DNA of 64,000 bases. Origin: Trueperaceae bacterium. Its GTDB lineage: Bacteria; Deinococcota; Deinococci; Deinococcales; Trueperaceae. Under the pieces are notes generated by a model that had not been told where the DNA came from, made no database searches, and saw only the letters and a program-made list of their open reading frames with translations. Numbering within the stretch: position 1 is the first letter of the stretch; each line of letters starts with the position of its first letter. This document shows, piece after piece, positions 49,170 through 62,041 of the stretch. Location of the stretch: the NCBI GenBank assembly GCA_965214405.1, contig OZ243956.1, positions 1,664,001 through 1,728,000 of the forward strand. The letters run 5' to 3'. A program made the position numbers and the translations under genes.

Positions 49170-52034
49170 TCATCTCGTTCTAAACTGGAGTCCAGCCACC
49201 CGCTGACCGATACAGGTGCCTTGCCCTAAGCCATTCTCGACCGCAGCCCGGTAATGGATGCCGCCATACAAGCGAGATATGGCCGCCTCCTGCGCCGCCG
49301 CCATAAACGAGTCGTAGTGGCGGGGTCCAAAGCCCAAATTCTCGTGCGTGTGGTCGGTAAAAGGAACCTCGCCAAACAAGTCGGTCAGCACCTCCGCCGC
49401 CGCGCCCGACTGAACCGAGTGACCGGACGGGTACTCGGGAAAAGGCGGCGTGAGCACCGGGTCGGTGATATTAGACGCGTTCCAATCCGGGTCGATAACG
49501 CGCTGAATATAGGTGATGGGCCGGACCACGTTGTACTGGTATTTGGCGCTCCAGCAGGCGATAAACGCGTCCGCAAGCCCGACGCCGAGCGAGGCGTAAG
49601 CGACGCTCGCTTTTTCTAAGCTGTAGCCGCCTTCGCTCAAAAACCGCGTCAGGATATCTACCCAGTGACCGGGCGGCGTGGCAGTCTCGCCGGGGTCGTC
49701 AGCCCAGTAGCGGGCGGTGTCTCGCTGTTCGGGGGTGAGCGTCTGGACGGTCTCATAAACCTCGAGCGCGTCTGCATAAAAAGCCGAAGCGGGGCTTTCC
49801 GAATAGGCGAGCGGCGGCTGAACCCGGCAATCCTCCGGCGCGGCGATAAAAGGACGGTTGCGCCCCCAGGTGGGCAGGAGCGCGCCCGCGTAGGCGGGGG
49901 GCGTACTTACCCAAAGACCTGGTCCGGCGGGTGGTTTGTAGTCTGCTGGAAAGTTGTTCGCGTACCCTTCGGCCCCGCCGTCCTCTTGCGCCCACGCGTA
50001 AACGGCCTCGGCGACCGCGCGCCCTTGGGCGGCGGAGCGCTCGAGCGTCGCCGCGTCAGCGTCTCCCGCTAAGCGCCGCGCCAGGGTCGCCTCGAGCGCG
50101 TCTATCTTGCGCTGCGCCTCGGGCGAGGCGTCGCCGAAGAGGCGGCGGCTGACGCCAGCCAGCGCGCTGTTCGCCACGCTCGGCCAAGAATAGTGCGCGT
50201 CCGGGTCGGGGGCGGGGAGGGGTGGCAAGCCGCTGAGTTGCCCCGCCAGACTTGCGTAACCGTCCATGCCGGGAGCGACCGATTCGTAAAGGGTGACGCC
50301 CAAGTAAGCAAACGCGCGTGACGCCACGGGCGGCGTGAAGCCGGGGGTTTCTTTCACAAGGTCCAAGGCCAGCTCGAACCAGCGCGTCGCCACGTCAGCG
50401 TCCTCAGCGCCGTTGACGTAGGTGAGTGCTAAGATCTGGTCGCGCGCTACATCGTGAAAGGTCTGCTCGAGCCCGTCCGGCCACACCACCCTGAGCACGT
50501 CTACCCTCGCCTCACCCAAGCCGAAGTGGAGCCGGGGGTCGTGGCCTGCGCCAAGGCTCGAGCCCAGGATCACCTCGCGCATCTGCGTCACGCCGTCGCT
50601 GCCGGTCACGTAAACCCGCGCGCCCGCCGCGTCGCGGTTCACCGCGCCGCCGCCCGTGAGCGCGACCGTCAGCCAATGCTTCTCACCCGGACTTTCGTTG
50701 TGGAGGAGCGCGTAAGCCTTGTTCCAGTCTCCCCGCACGAAGTCCACGCGCCCGTCGTTGTCGTAGTCGGCGTAAGCGAAGCCCATCGTCGCACTGTCTT
50801 GAGCGTCCGCCTGGTCGTCCTGGGTTGTCTCAACATCTTCAAACGTGCCGTCACCCGAGTTGCGGTAGACGAGGTCGGGGTAAGGGTGGTGCATATCCTC
50901 CATGTCCGGCTGCCTTCCGCCGTACATGCCGGGCGGACCCGCCGCCACGCCGGAGGTCGCCACGTACAAGTCGAGCAGGCCGTCGTTGTCTAAGTCGACA
51001 AAGCCCGCGCCCCAGCCTACGGCCTCGCGGTGGCGGTCTATCACCATCACGCCCGCGCGCTCGCTCTCGTCTGCGAAGCGCCCGCCGCCCTCGTTGCGCG
51101 CCAAGAGCATCGGGCTCATCATGTTGGTGGCGAACAGGTCCTGACGCGCGTCGTTGTCGTAGTCGCCGACCGCGAGGCCCATCGCGTGCATCCTCATGTC
51201 CAGCCCCGCCTCGGCGGACGCTTCAGCCCAGCACCAGCCGCCGCAGCCGGGGCCGTCGTTGCGCCAAAAAACGTTGCCGACAGGGTTCGCCATCTTGTCG
51301 TTGACCACATAAAGGTCGGGGTCGCCGTCGTCATCGGCATCAAAAAAGGAGGCGGCAAACCCCGCGCCGAGCGTTTTGTCGGTGGTTGAACCCGCCTCGA
51401 GCAGCCCCGTCACGTCCTCAAAGGTGCCGTCGCCCAGGTTGTGATAGAGCGTGTCACGACTCCTGTTCACCTCTTCGGGCTCACACTCGGGCAGGCACGA
51501 CCAGTTCACCACATAGAGGTCTAAAAACCCGTCACCGTCATAGTCGCCCCAGGTGGCGGAGGTGCCCTTGCCCGCGTCGCCAACGCCCGCAACGTCGGTC
51601 ACATCGGTAAACTCTCCCCCGGCGTCGTTGTGAAAAAGGACGTTCGCCCCGTTATTCACCACGTAGAGGTCGCGCCAGCCGTCGTTGTCGTAGTCGGCCC
51701 AGAGCGCGCCGCCGCTTTTTATACTCGGCAAGCTCACGCTGCGGCTGAGAGGCGACACGCCAAAGGTGCCGTCACCCTCGTTGCGGTAGAGCACGTTATC
51801 CGCAAGGTTGCCCGTGACGTAGAGGTCCAAAAACCCGTCGTTGTCAACGTCGCCCCAGGCCTGACCGACCGCCAGGTAGCCCTCGCCCGTTCCCGCAGGG
51901 TCCCAAACGGCGCGGTGCGCGGCGCCGACCCCGCTGAGGACGCTCACATCACGAAGGACAATGCTTTGATTGGGTGTCTGGGCGAGGGCAAGAGAGGTCA
52001 GAGCGCCAAGGATGAGGAGATTAAGCGTTCGCAT
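49170..52034 (-). CDS. secreted FG-GAP/ASPIC-UnbV (CRTAC1-like) protein fused to a vanadium-haloperoxidase/PAP2 domain
   Basis: Signal peptide; repeated DxDNDGxLDLYV blades; ASPIC motif LHFGLG...V.WPDG; C-terminal KYQYNVVRP, PPFPEYPSGHS and SRLYGGIHY motifs in one frame. Confidence 0.85.
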   Translation of the reverse strand: MRTLNLLILGALTSLALAQTPNQSIVLRDVSVLSGVGAAHRAVWDPAGTGEGYLAVGQAWGDVDNDGFLDLYVTGNLADNVLYRNEGDGTFGVSPLSRSVSLPSIKSGGALWADYDNDGWRDLYVVNNGANVLFHNDAGGEFTDVTDVAGVGDAGKGTSATWGDYDGDGFLDLYVVNWSCLPECEPEEVNRSRDTLYHNLGDGTFEDVTGLLEAGSTTDKTLGAGFAASFFDADDDGDPDLYVVNDKMANPVGNVFWRNDGPGCGGWCWAEASAEAGLDMRMHAMGLAVGDYDNDARQDLFATNMMSPMLLARNEGGGRFADESERAGVMVIDRHREAVGWGAGFVDLDNDGLLDLYVATSGVAAGPPGMYGGRQPDMEDMHHPYPDLVYRNSGDGTFEDVETTQDDQADAQDSATMGFAYADYDNDGRVDFVRGDWNKAYALLHNESPGEKHWLTVALTGGGAVNRDAAGARVYVTGSDGVTQMREVILGSSLGAGHDPRLHFGLGEARVDVLRVVWPDGLEQTFHDVARDQILALTYVNGAEDADVATRWFELALDLVKETPGFTPPVASRAFAYLGVTLYESVAPGMDGYASLAGQLSGLPPLPAPDPDAHYSWPSVANSALAGVSRRLFGDASPEAQRKIDALEATLARRLAGDADAATLERSAAQGRAVAEAVYAWAQEDGGAEGYANNFPADYKPPAGPGLWVSTPPAYAGALLPTWGRNRPFIAAPEDCRVQPPLAYSESPASAFYADALEVYETVQTLTPEQRDTARYWADDPGETATPPGHWVDILTRFLSEGGYSLEKASVAYASLGVGLADAFIACWSAKYQYNVVRPITYIQRVIDPDWNASNITDPVLTPPFPEYPSGHSVQSGAAAEVLTDLFGEVPFTDHTHENLGFGPRHYDSFMAAAQEAAISRLYGGIHYRAAVENGLGQGTCIGQRVAGLQFRTR

Positions 52035-52043
52035 CGCAGTCCT

Positions 52044-53546
52044 TTAGGAAAGCTCGAGCACAAGCGCCGTAAACGAATGGGGCTCGAGCCTAGTCATAAA
52101 ACGCTTGCCTTCTGTTTGGACAGTTGCTTCTGTTGTACCGACTTGATTGGGCGCGTCAAAGGTGTTGGTGGCCTTGATGTCGGGGCCGTTGACGACGTAA
52201 GCCTTGCCCGAGCCTGTGAAAGAGCCCAATTGCAGCTCGAGCCCCACCTCCTGCTCCTCTAACGAGCGGTTGACCAGGTAGACCGACAGTCTTCTGTCTT
52301 TAATCGTGGCTGACACGTCGAGCGTGCGCAAGCCCGTAAAGCCCGCCGCCGAAAAGGTGTCGCCCTCCCAATGCACGTCCAAAGCGGCGTCGCCGCAGGT
52401 TTTGCGGTAGACCTCGAACGGATAAAAGGTCGTTTGTAAAACTAGTCCACCGGGCCGCGTCACAATGGGGGCAATGACGTTGACGATTTGCGCGATGTTC
52501 GCCATCTTCACGTGACGAGCGTGGCGAATAAAGGCGTTGAAGTGCATGGCGACCACTAAAGCGTCTTCTAAGTTGTAGACCTCTTCCAGTTTCTCGTCGT
52601 TACCCGTGCGGTACCAGACGTTCCATTCGTCCACAGCGATGGGGATGTCTCTCGTAAGCTTAAGCTGCGAACGCATCGCCCGGATGATGCCTTCGGTGGC
52701 GCTCAAGTAGTCTTCTAAGCGTTCAGATATCGCCATATAGCTTGCAAAGTCGTCATCTGCAAAGCCGCGTTTGGCGTCGTTCCCGACGTACCAGTGAATC
52801 GCCATATAATCGAGCAGCGGCGGCGCGACGTTTTTGAAATACTGAGTCTGTTCCATGAGGAGCTGGATCCGCTCGATCCAGTCGCCTTGCCACAAAGACA
52901 CCGCCGCCGCGAACAGCTTGATGCTGGGGTCGGTCCACTTCATCACCTTGGCGTATTCGGCGTAGGTTCTGGCATACTCCTCAGGCGTCTTCATGCCGAT
53001 TTGCCAGGGGCCGTCGACTTCGTTGCCAATACCCCAGTACGGGATGTTGTGCGGCTGCTCATAACCGTGCTCTTTACGCAGCTTAACTAAACGGGTGTCC
53101 TTGGTGCCGTTGCAATACTCGAGCCAATCTCTCGCCTCGCGCATGTTCCCGTCCCCGGCGTTCACCGCAAAATAGGGCTCGGTCCCCAGTTTGCGGCAGA
53201 AGTTCACAAACTCGTTCGTGCCAAAGGTGTTGGGCTCCACGTCATGCCAGGCCAAGTCCATGCGGGCTTTGCGTTCTTCTTTGGGTCCAACCCCGTCGCG
53301 CCAGCGGTAGCCCGAGACGAAGTTGCCGCCGGGGTAGCGTATGACTGGCAGCTCGAGGCGTTTCAAGGCCGCCAGCACGTCCTGACGCAGTCCGTCTTCT
53401 CCGGCGTGGGGTGAATCAGGTTCATAGATGCCGCCGTAGATACAGCGGCCCAAGTGCTCGGCAAAACCACCAAAGATGTTGGGGTCAATGGGAGCCAAGG
53501 TGCGCTCAACGTCGATTTTAACCGTGGTTGTCAAAACGTCCTCCAT
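52044..53546 (-). CDS. alpha-L-arabinofuranosidase (GH51)
   Basis: FAEHLGRCIYGG, RYPGGNFVSGY.W.DGVGP, GNEVDGPWQIG, DEWNVW, AQIVNVI. Confidence 0.95.
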   Translation of the reverse strand: MEDVLTTTVKIDVERTLAPIDPNIFGGFAEHLGRCIYGGIYEPDSPHAGEDGLRQDVLAALKRLELPVIRYPGGNFVSGYRWRDGVGPKEERKARMDLAWHDVEPNTFGTNEFVNFCRKLGTEPYFAVNAGDGNMREARDWLEYCNGTKDTRLVKLRKEHGYEQPHNIPYWGIGNEVDGPWQIGMKTPEEYARTYAEYAKVMKWTDPSIKLFAAAVSLWQGDWIERIQLLMEQTQYFKNVAPPLLDYMAIHWYVGNDAKRGFADDDFASYMAISERLEDYLSATEGIIRAMRSQLKLTRDIPIAVDEWNVWYRTGNDEKLEEVYNLEDALVVAMHFNAFIRHARHVKMANIAQIVNVIAPIVTRPGGLVLQTTFYPFEVYRKTCGDAALDVHWEGDTFSAAGFTGLRTLDVSATIKDRRLSVYLVNRSLEEQEVGLELQLGSFTGSGKAYVVNGPDIKATNTFDAPNQVGTTEATVQTEGKRFMTRLEPHSFTALVLELS

Positions 53547-53555
53547 AAGCCGAAT

Positions 53556-54565
53556 TCAAGGGTTTATCGTGGGCGCGGGTTGCGGCGTGGAGCTTGGTCC
53601 CTTACCTTCATTGATGACGGGCCAGCCGTCCACCCAGGTGATACGCTCGAGCAGCGCCGGGCGGTGGTTGACGCCGTTGGGCAGCCGGGGTTCGGCAAGC
53701 GGAATGGCGTGGTAGACGAGCCAGTCCACCCCCGCGTCGTCGCGGATGACGCTGTTGTGGCCCGGCCCGACGAACACGTCGTTGCGGGCCAAGATGACGT
53801 CTCCGCCGCCCGAACGCAAGTCACGCCCTTGCGAATCCAGATAAGGACCCGTCAGCGTTTGCGACCGCCCCACGTAAACCTGATAGGTGCTGTCGGCACC
53901 CTCGCAACACGAACCGCCTGACAAGAACAGATAGTACGCGCCGTCGTGGGGATAAATATACGCGCCCTCGAAGCGGTCGTCGGCCAGTCTGACCTTTTCG
54001 CCTCGGACCTCCGTACCGTCAGCGCTGAGCGTTGCCGCGTAGATGCCGTGAAAGCTGCCCCACACGAGCGTGCGCGCCGCGCCATCGTCCCACACAAAGG
54101 GGTCAATCGAGTTGGCAACACCGACGTCATTAGAGCAGAACACGGCGCGCCCCAAGTCGGTCCAGGGTCCTTCGGGCTCTTCCGCCGTGGCGAGCGCGAT
54201 GCAGGGGTTGGGGTCGCCCCAGAGCGAATAGGCGTAGTAGAGGTAATAAAGACCCTCGTAGTAAGAAATATCCGGTGCCCAGGTGAAACCGCCGCTTTCT
54301 TTCCAGTTAGGTGGCACGACGAACACGTCTTTGAGGTAGGTCCAGGTGACCAAGTCGTCGGACGTGAAAATGGGTAGATAATGACTTCCTTGCCCGTCGC
54401 CCCAATCGTCTTGGGTCGCGTAAAGATAAAAGCTCCCGTCCGGCGCGCGGATGATGCTCGGGTCGGCGGCGACGGGCGTGACGATGGGGTTGGTGTAGGT
54501 CGCGGTAGGAATTTGGGCCGCCCCGAACGTGCCAAGCACCCAGAAACACAAAACGAACAATCTTT

Positions 54566-54569
<4 letters not shown>
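53556..54569 (-). CDS. secreted GH43 glycoside hydrolase (arabinanase-like)
   Basis: Signal peptide; ADPSI, WAPDI, SIDP, WGSF.GI, EG.YI, GPGHNS. Confidence 0.9.
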
Positions 54570-56809
<2,240 letters not shown>

Positions 56810-56819
56810 GCTTCTAGCC

Positions 56820-57707
56820 TCATCCTTTAATGCCCGCCGTCGCCATGATGCCCTCGGTGACCTGCCGCTGGAATACGAGGTAGGCCACCGCCACCGGCAA
56901 CCCGGCCAAGACCGCCACCGCCATCGTCCGGGCGTACTGCACCCCAAAGGCGTCATTCACCTGGGTAATGCCCACCGGAATCGTCATCATGTCGGACGAC
57001 GTGGTGATAATAAAAGGCCAAAAAAAGGCGTTCCAGGCGCCGATAAAGGTCACGATCGCCAGCGCGATGGTGATGCCCCAGTTGATGGGCAAATACACGT
57101 TAAACAAGATGCGCGCCTCGTTCGCGCCGTCGATGACCGCCGAGTCGCGCAGCTCGCGCGGCACCGCGTCGAAAAATTGCTTGTAGATGATGATGACCAC
57201 GGGCGCAATAAGCTGCGGCAGGATGATGCCCTGGTAGGAGTTAATCGAGTTGAGGTCGTTCATGAGGATAAAGAGCGGCACGATGAGCGCCTGGCCGGGA
57301 ATCATAAAACCGGCCAGCAGAACCCAAAAGAGGAGGTTTTTGCCGGGGAACGAGAGCTGCGAGATGGCGTAGGCGCAGAGCATACAGAGCAGCACCACGA
57401 AAAATGTGATCACGACGGCCGTGAGGATGCTGTTGAAGTACCACCTCAACAGCCCGCTTTCAGTCAGCACGCGTCCGTAAGCGGCAAAGCTGACGGGGAG
57501 GGGCAGCCAGCTCGGCGGGTTGGCGAGCACGTCTTGCTCGCGCTTTAGCGAGGTGATGACCGCCCAGTAGAGCGGAAAAGCCCAAATGGCGGCCATCACC
57601 AGGGTGAAAAGCGTGCCGATGAGGCCGGGCACGTTGGGGCGGCGCGGCGTGGTGCGGGCTCGAGCCACTTCCTGGGTGCGGCTTGCGCTGGTGACCGAGC
57701 GGCTCAT
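56820..57707 (-). CDS. carbohydrate ABC permease
   Basis: EAA-like loop ELRDSAVIDGA; WNAFFWP. Confidence 0.92.
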   Translation of the reverse strand: MSRSVTSASRTQEVARARTTPRRPNVPGLIGTLFTLVMAAIWAFPLYWAVITSLKREQDVLANPPSWLPLPVSFAAYGRVLTESGLLRWYFNSILTAVVITFFVVLLCMLCAYAISQLSFPGKNLLFWVLLAGFMIPGQALIVPLFILMNDLNSINSYQGIILPQLIAPVVIIIYKQFFDAVPRELRDSAVIDGANEARILFNVYLPINWGITIALAIVTFIGAWNAFFWPFIITTSSDMMTIPVGITQVNDAFGVQYARTMAVAVLAGLPVAVAYLVFQRQVTEGIMATAGIKG

Positions 57708-58603
57708 TTCGCCCCGCCTATCCGCAAGAAACGGTACTGCAACAGCGACGCCACCAAAATAATGACAAAGAGCGCCATCGCAATCGTCGAAGAATAGCCG
57801 CCGTCAAAGCGCTGAAACGCCTCGCGGTACATGTACTGCAAGGTGACGATGGTCGAGTTGAAAGGCCCCCCGCCGGTCAGCAGATAAACCTGGTCGAAAA
57901 TCTTGAGCTGCGCGATGAGTTGCAGCGTCAAGACGAGCGCGGTGATGGGCCACAGCAGGGGCCAGGTGACGTAGCGAAAGATTTGCGTGCCGGTCGCCCC
58001 GTCGAGCGAGGCGGCTTCATAATACTCTTTCGAGATTCCCTGCAACCCGGCGATAAAGAGCAGCATGTTAAACCCAACCGTCCACCACACCGTGATAAAG
58101 GCGACGCTCGGCATCGCCCAGTTACGGTCCGTAAAGACGGCCAAGTTCTCACCCGTGAGCGCCACGAAAATGGGCTGGAGGATACCGAACTGCGTGTTCA
58201 AAAGCCACTGCCAGATGAGCGTGACGACGCTGACGGGCAGCATGTAGGGCAAAAAGAACGCGGCCAGCACGACGCTCTTGAGCCTTTTTAGGCGCACCAC
58301 CATGAGCGCGAAAAGGAGGCCCAGCGCGGTATTGGGGATGACGGTCAGGAGCACGAAATAAAAGGTGTTTCTTAACGACTTCCAAAAGAGCGCGTCGCCG
58401 AAAAGCTCGCGGTAGTTTTCGAAGCCTATAAAGCTGCCTTCGCCGATGAGCGGCGCGTCGGTAAAAGAGAGCTGCACGACGCGAAACGTCGGATAGATAA
58501 AAAAGACAAGATAGAGCAAAACGAAGGGGCTGACGAGTAAAAAGGCGTCGCGCCACATCCGCCGCTTGCGCTTAGTCAACCTGCGCGTTCGCGCCACTGC
58601 CAT
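57704..58603 (-). CDS. carbohydrate ABC permease
   Basis: AGLQGI..EYYEAASLDGA; FDQVYLLTGGGP. Confidence 0.92.
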   Translation of the reverse strand: MAVARTRRLTKRKRRMWRDAFLLVSPFVLLYLVFFIYPTFRVVQLSFTDAPLIGEGSFIGFENYRELFGDALFWKSLRNTFYFVLLTVIPNTALGLLFALMVVRLKRLKSVVLAAFFLPYMLPVSVVTLIWQWLLNTQFGILQPIFVALTGENLAVFTDRNWAMPSVAFITVWWTVGFNMLLFIAGLQGISKEYYEAASLDGATGTQIFRYVTWPLLWPITALVLTLQLIAQLKIFDQVYLLTGGGPFNSTIVTLQYMYREAFQRFDGGYSSTIAMALFVIILVASLLQYRFLRIGGAK

Positions 58604-58645
58604 AACGCCTCCCATCTGAATCGTTTTTATGAACTGCTCAAAACC

Positions 58646-58671
58646 GCCCCGCGCCAGTGTCGGCGCGGGGC
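58646..58671 (-). terminator. stem-loop after the substrate-binding gene (attenuator or mRNA stabiliser)
   Basis: GCCCCGCGCC-agtgtc-GGCGCGGGGC. Confidence 0.65.
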
Positions 58672-58683
58672 AAAGGGTATGTG

Positions 58684-59946
58684 TCAGCGCATCTGCGACT
58701 GAAGGTCATCGGCAAACATCTGCAGCGCCTCCTCGGCGGAGAGCTGGCCGTTGACCGACGGTTCTATAAAATTGCCGACCGCGTCGTAAAGGGGCGAGCC
58801 AACGCCCGCCGCAGGGGAACGCGGATCGAACACCGTGCTGTTGGCTAAAATTGCGTAGGTCGCGTTGGGTTCCATCTCTTGGTACTCGGCACTGTCGGTG
58901 ACCGGCACGTAGGCGGGGATGTGCCCGGCGGTCGCCCACATGATGCTGTTTTTGTTCATCCAGGCGATGACTTGCATGACCGCGGCGACTTTTTCGTCGC
59001 TGACGGGGTTGCTCGCCGAGGCGGGAATCGCAAAGGTGTGCGCGTCAGCCCAGGTGGCGGGGTTGTCGAAAAGGACGGGAATGGCAATCGCGCCCCAGTC
59101 GAACAGGTTGCCTGAAGCGGCCAAGTCCACCATCGTCGGCACTTCCCACACGCCGTTGATCATGAACGCCGCCTCGCCGCTCGTAAAGAGCGCGACCGAG
59201 GAGCCGTATTCGACGTCCTTGGTGGCGTAGCCGTTGTCGATCCAGTCTTTCATCGTCTGGAGAGCGGTTTGCGCTTGCTCGCCCACATTGACCTCACCGT
59301 CCGCAATCAGGGCCGGAACGCCCTCTTGCTGGTTGAGGAGGGTGTAGAAAATGCGGAAAACCGTGCCCGCGTCAGCCGAGCTGGCAAACGACAGGGGCAG
59401 GTGGCCCGCCTCGGCTATTTTTTGCAGGGCCGCGTTAAAGTTCTCGAGCCCAGTAAGGTCCGTCGGCAAGCCGTCATCCCCGATCAGTCCGACCTCGCTC
59501 AAAATGTCTTTGTTGTAATAGAGAACAACAGAGTGAACATCGAAGGGAACGCCGTAAAGCTGACCGTCGATGGTCGCGGCGTCGATAAGCCCGGCCTGGT
59601 ACTCGTTTTTGGAGAGTCCTGCCGCCGTAAGTTCATCGTCGCTGATGGGGCGCATCACGCCCTGCTCCACGCCCAGCGGGTAACGCGACATGTGATACGT
59701 CATGATGTCGGGCTGCTCACCCACCGCCGCCGAGGTTTGAACTTTGGTGTAGAAGGGGACGCCCCACTCTAAGGTGGTCGCGTTAATCTGAATGTCGGGA
59801 TGCGTGCTGTTAAACTCGTCAATCATCGCCTTCATGCGGACGCCGTCGCCGCCGGAGAGAAAGTCCCACCAGACGACCTCCGTTTGCGCCAGCGCCGCGC
59901 TCAGGAGGGTGAATAAAACCGTTAAGCCCAGAAGTTTCTTTAACAT
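58684..59946 (-). CDS. carbohydrate ABC extracellular solute-binding protein
   Basis: Signal peptide; WWDFLSGGDG, GVPFDVH, GVWEVP, W.DAH.FAIP. Confidence 0.92.
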   Translation of the reverse strand: MLKKLLGLTVLFTLLSAALAQTEVVWWDFLSGGDGVRMKAMIDEFNSTHPDIQINATTLEWGVPFYTKVQTSAAVGEQPDIMTYHMSRYPLGVEQGVMRPISDDELTAAGLSKNEYQAGLIDAATIDGQLYGVPFDVHSVVLYYNKDILSEVGLIGDDGLPTDLTGLENFNAALQKIAEAGHLPLSFASSADAGTVFRIFYTLLNQQEGVPALIADGEVNVGEQAQTALQTMKDWIDNGYATKDVEYGSSVALFTSGEAAFMINGVWEVPTMVDLAASGNLFDWGAIAIPVLFDNPATWADAHTFAIPASASNPVSDEKVAAVMQVIAWMNKNSIMWATAGHIPAYVPVTDSAEYQEMEPNATYAILANSTVFDPRSPAAGVGSPLYDAVGNFIEPSVNGQLSAEEALQMFADDLQSQMR

Positions 59947-60048
59947 GGATGCTCCTTATTACTCATATGACTGCTATTTAGTGCCTACTCGCGCGGACCG
60001 TTTGCGACCTACCTTTTACTTCTTGTGGGTTACGTCACCGCTGGCACC

Positions 60049-61803
60049 TCACCCCCTCCCCTGTGTGGCTTTAGCGAGCGCGCCTAAATCCACCTTGGGA
60101 CGGCGGTCCGAATACAACAGACCGTTCTGCTCCTGAAAGGTGTCCGCAAACTGCGTGTAACAAAAGCCCGCCAAGCCGGGGCCGGACACGGCGCGAATCA
60201 TCGCGGCGTAGAGCGCTAGCAGCGCCTCCGCATTCTCGACTTGCTGATAGCCCCAGCCCTCTTCGGTTTCGGGATTGAAGCGAATACCGCCGAATTCGGA
60301 CAAGAGTTTGGGTTCGCCTCCCGCCTGAGCACCCGGCAAAATCGTGAGGCGCTTGTGCTCGAGCCAAGTGTGAACCGTCTTTTCGCTCCTCTCGGGTGTG
60401 CCGTAGCGCTCCCCCAACGTGGCCGGGGCGCGGGTGTAGTCGTGGACGGTGAGCAGGTCGGTCACCACGTGCTCCCAGCCGTCGTTGCCGATGACGGGGC
60501 GGCTCGGATCGAGCGCCTTGGTGAGCCCATAAAGCCCCGCGACGAGGTGCCTTTGCGCCTCAGACGCAGGCAGGTCGGGCACGCCCCAGGACTCGTTAAA
60601 GCAAACCCAGGCGACGATGCAGGGGTGATTGTGGTCGCGGTTTATCACCTCGAGCCACTCCCGCGTCAACCGCTCCACCGTGTCGGAGCCAAAGGCGTAG
60701 GCGCTCGGCAACTCTTCCCAGACGAGCAAGCCCAGCTTGTCCGCCCAGGTAAGGTAGCGCGGGTCCTCTATTTTTTGATGCTTACGCACCCCGTTAAAGC
60801 CCATCGCCTTGGCGAGTTCGACGTCCTTACGAAGCGCGTCGCCGTTCGGGGCGGCCAGCAAGCTCTCGTCCCAATAGCCCTGGTCGAGCGCCAAGCGCAA
60901 AAAGTAGGGGCGACCGTTGAGGTGAAACGCGCCGTTTCGAGCCTCGACGGTGCGCAGCGCGGTGTAGCTTTCGACCTGGTCGAGCCTTCTTTCTCCCTCC
61001 AGCAGGTCGATAGTTACTCCAATCAAGTTTGGGGTTTCGGGCGTCCATAGGTAAGATTTGCGCGCGCTGTCGATGCCCGGGTCGGGGAAATGGACGAAAC
61101 GTTTGACCTGCGTTCCCCTCAGCCTTAGCAAGTCCTCAGCGAGAATCTCTTCTTTCCCGTTACCGTCTTCCCGATAAAAGGTCAGCTCGAGATTCAACTC
61201 TTTTCCTGGACGCGACACCTCAACCTCGACGAGGACGCCGAAAGAATCAAGGTCGGGCGTAAAGCGCACCCGCGTGATATGGGTGGGGGGGACGGGCTCG
61301 AGCCAGACGGGCTGCCAGATGCCGGTCGTGCGCGGGTACCAAATGCCGTGCGGCTCCCTTTCCCAATCTTGTTTGCCGCGCGGCTTGTGCATGTCGAGCG
61401 GGTCGTCCTCGGCGCGCACCACCACGACCTGCTCCCCCGGCGAGAGTACGTCCGTGATATCGGCAGAAAAAGGTGTGTGCCCCCCTTCATGACTCACCAC
61501 CAGCGACCCGTTCACCCACACGCGCGCCGCGTAATCGACCGCGCCAAAATGGAGGATGATGCGCTCTTTGCGCCAGTCCTCCGGGACGTCAAACGTGCGG
61601 CGATACCAGATGACAGGATGAAACGAGCCGTCGTTCACCCCCGAAAGCGAGGATTCGGGTGGATAGGGCACGCGGATGTCGCCTTCCCACGCAACGTCGC
61701 TTGCGCGCTCCGCTTCGCTAAAGGCGTAGTCCCAAAGGCCGTCTAAGCTCTCCCATTGAGAACGCACGTACTGAGGTCGTGGATAATCCGCCACCCGTTT
61801 CAC
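60049..61803 (-). CDS. cytoplasmic GH2 glycoside hydrolase
   Basis: YPRPQ, LHFGAVDY, LDQGYW, GFNGVRKHQK.EDP, FNESWG, SEFGG, GFCYTQ..D..QE.NGL; start approximate. Confidence 0.9.
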   Translation of the reverse strand: MKRVADYPRPQYVRSQWESLDGLWDYAFSEAERASDVAWEGDIRVPYPPESSLSGVNDGSFHPVIWYRRTFDVPEDWRKERIILHFGAVDYAARVWVNGSLVVSHEGGHTPFSADITDVLSPGEQVVVVRAEDDPLDMHKPRGKQDWEREPHGIWYPRTTGIWQPVWLEPVPPTHITRVRFTPDLDSFGVLVEVEVSRPGKELNLELTFYREDGNGKEEILAEDLLRLRGTQVKRFVHFPDPGIDSARKSYLWTPETPNLIGVTIDLLEGERRLDQVESYTALRTVEARNGAFHLNGRPYFLRLALDQGYWDESLLAAPNGDALRKDVELAKAMGFNGVRKHQKIEDPRYLTWADKLGLLVWEELPSAYAFGSDTVERLTREWLEVINRDHNHPCIVAWVCFNESWGVPDLPASEAQRHLVAGLYGLTKALDPSRPVIGNDGWEHVVTDLLTVHDYTRAPATLGERYGTPERSEKTVHTWLEHKRLTILPGAQAGGEPKLLSEFGGIRFNPETEEGWGYQQVENAEALLALYAAMIRAVSGPGLAGFCYTQFADTFQEQNGLLYSDRRPKVDLGALAKATQGRG

Positions 61804-62041
61804 CCCTTTCACCTGACCTGATATTCTGGCCCCTATTGAGGTTTTGCTCGAGACGCCCCCCAAGAAACACTTTCGTAGAGCCTCCCGCACAAAACGTATT
61901 GACCAACCGATTATCTTACAAATTACTACGGTTAAGTCGTTAAGTCAAGGCGGGTGGGCAGAAAAGAATCACCTCAGGTAAGAGTACAGCTCGCTCGAGG
62001 CGTTGCTCCTGGATTGGTTCAGAATTTGCTAAAGTAGAACG

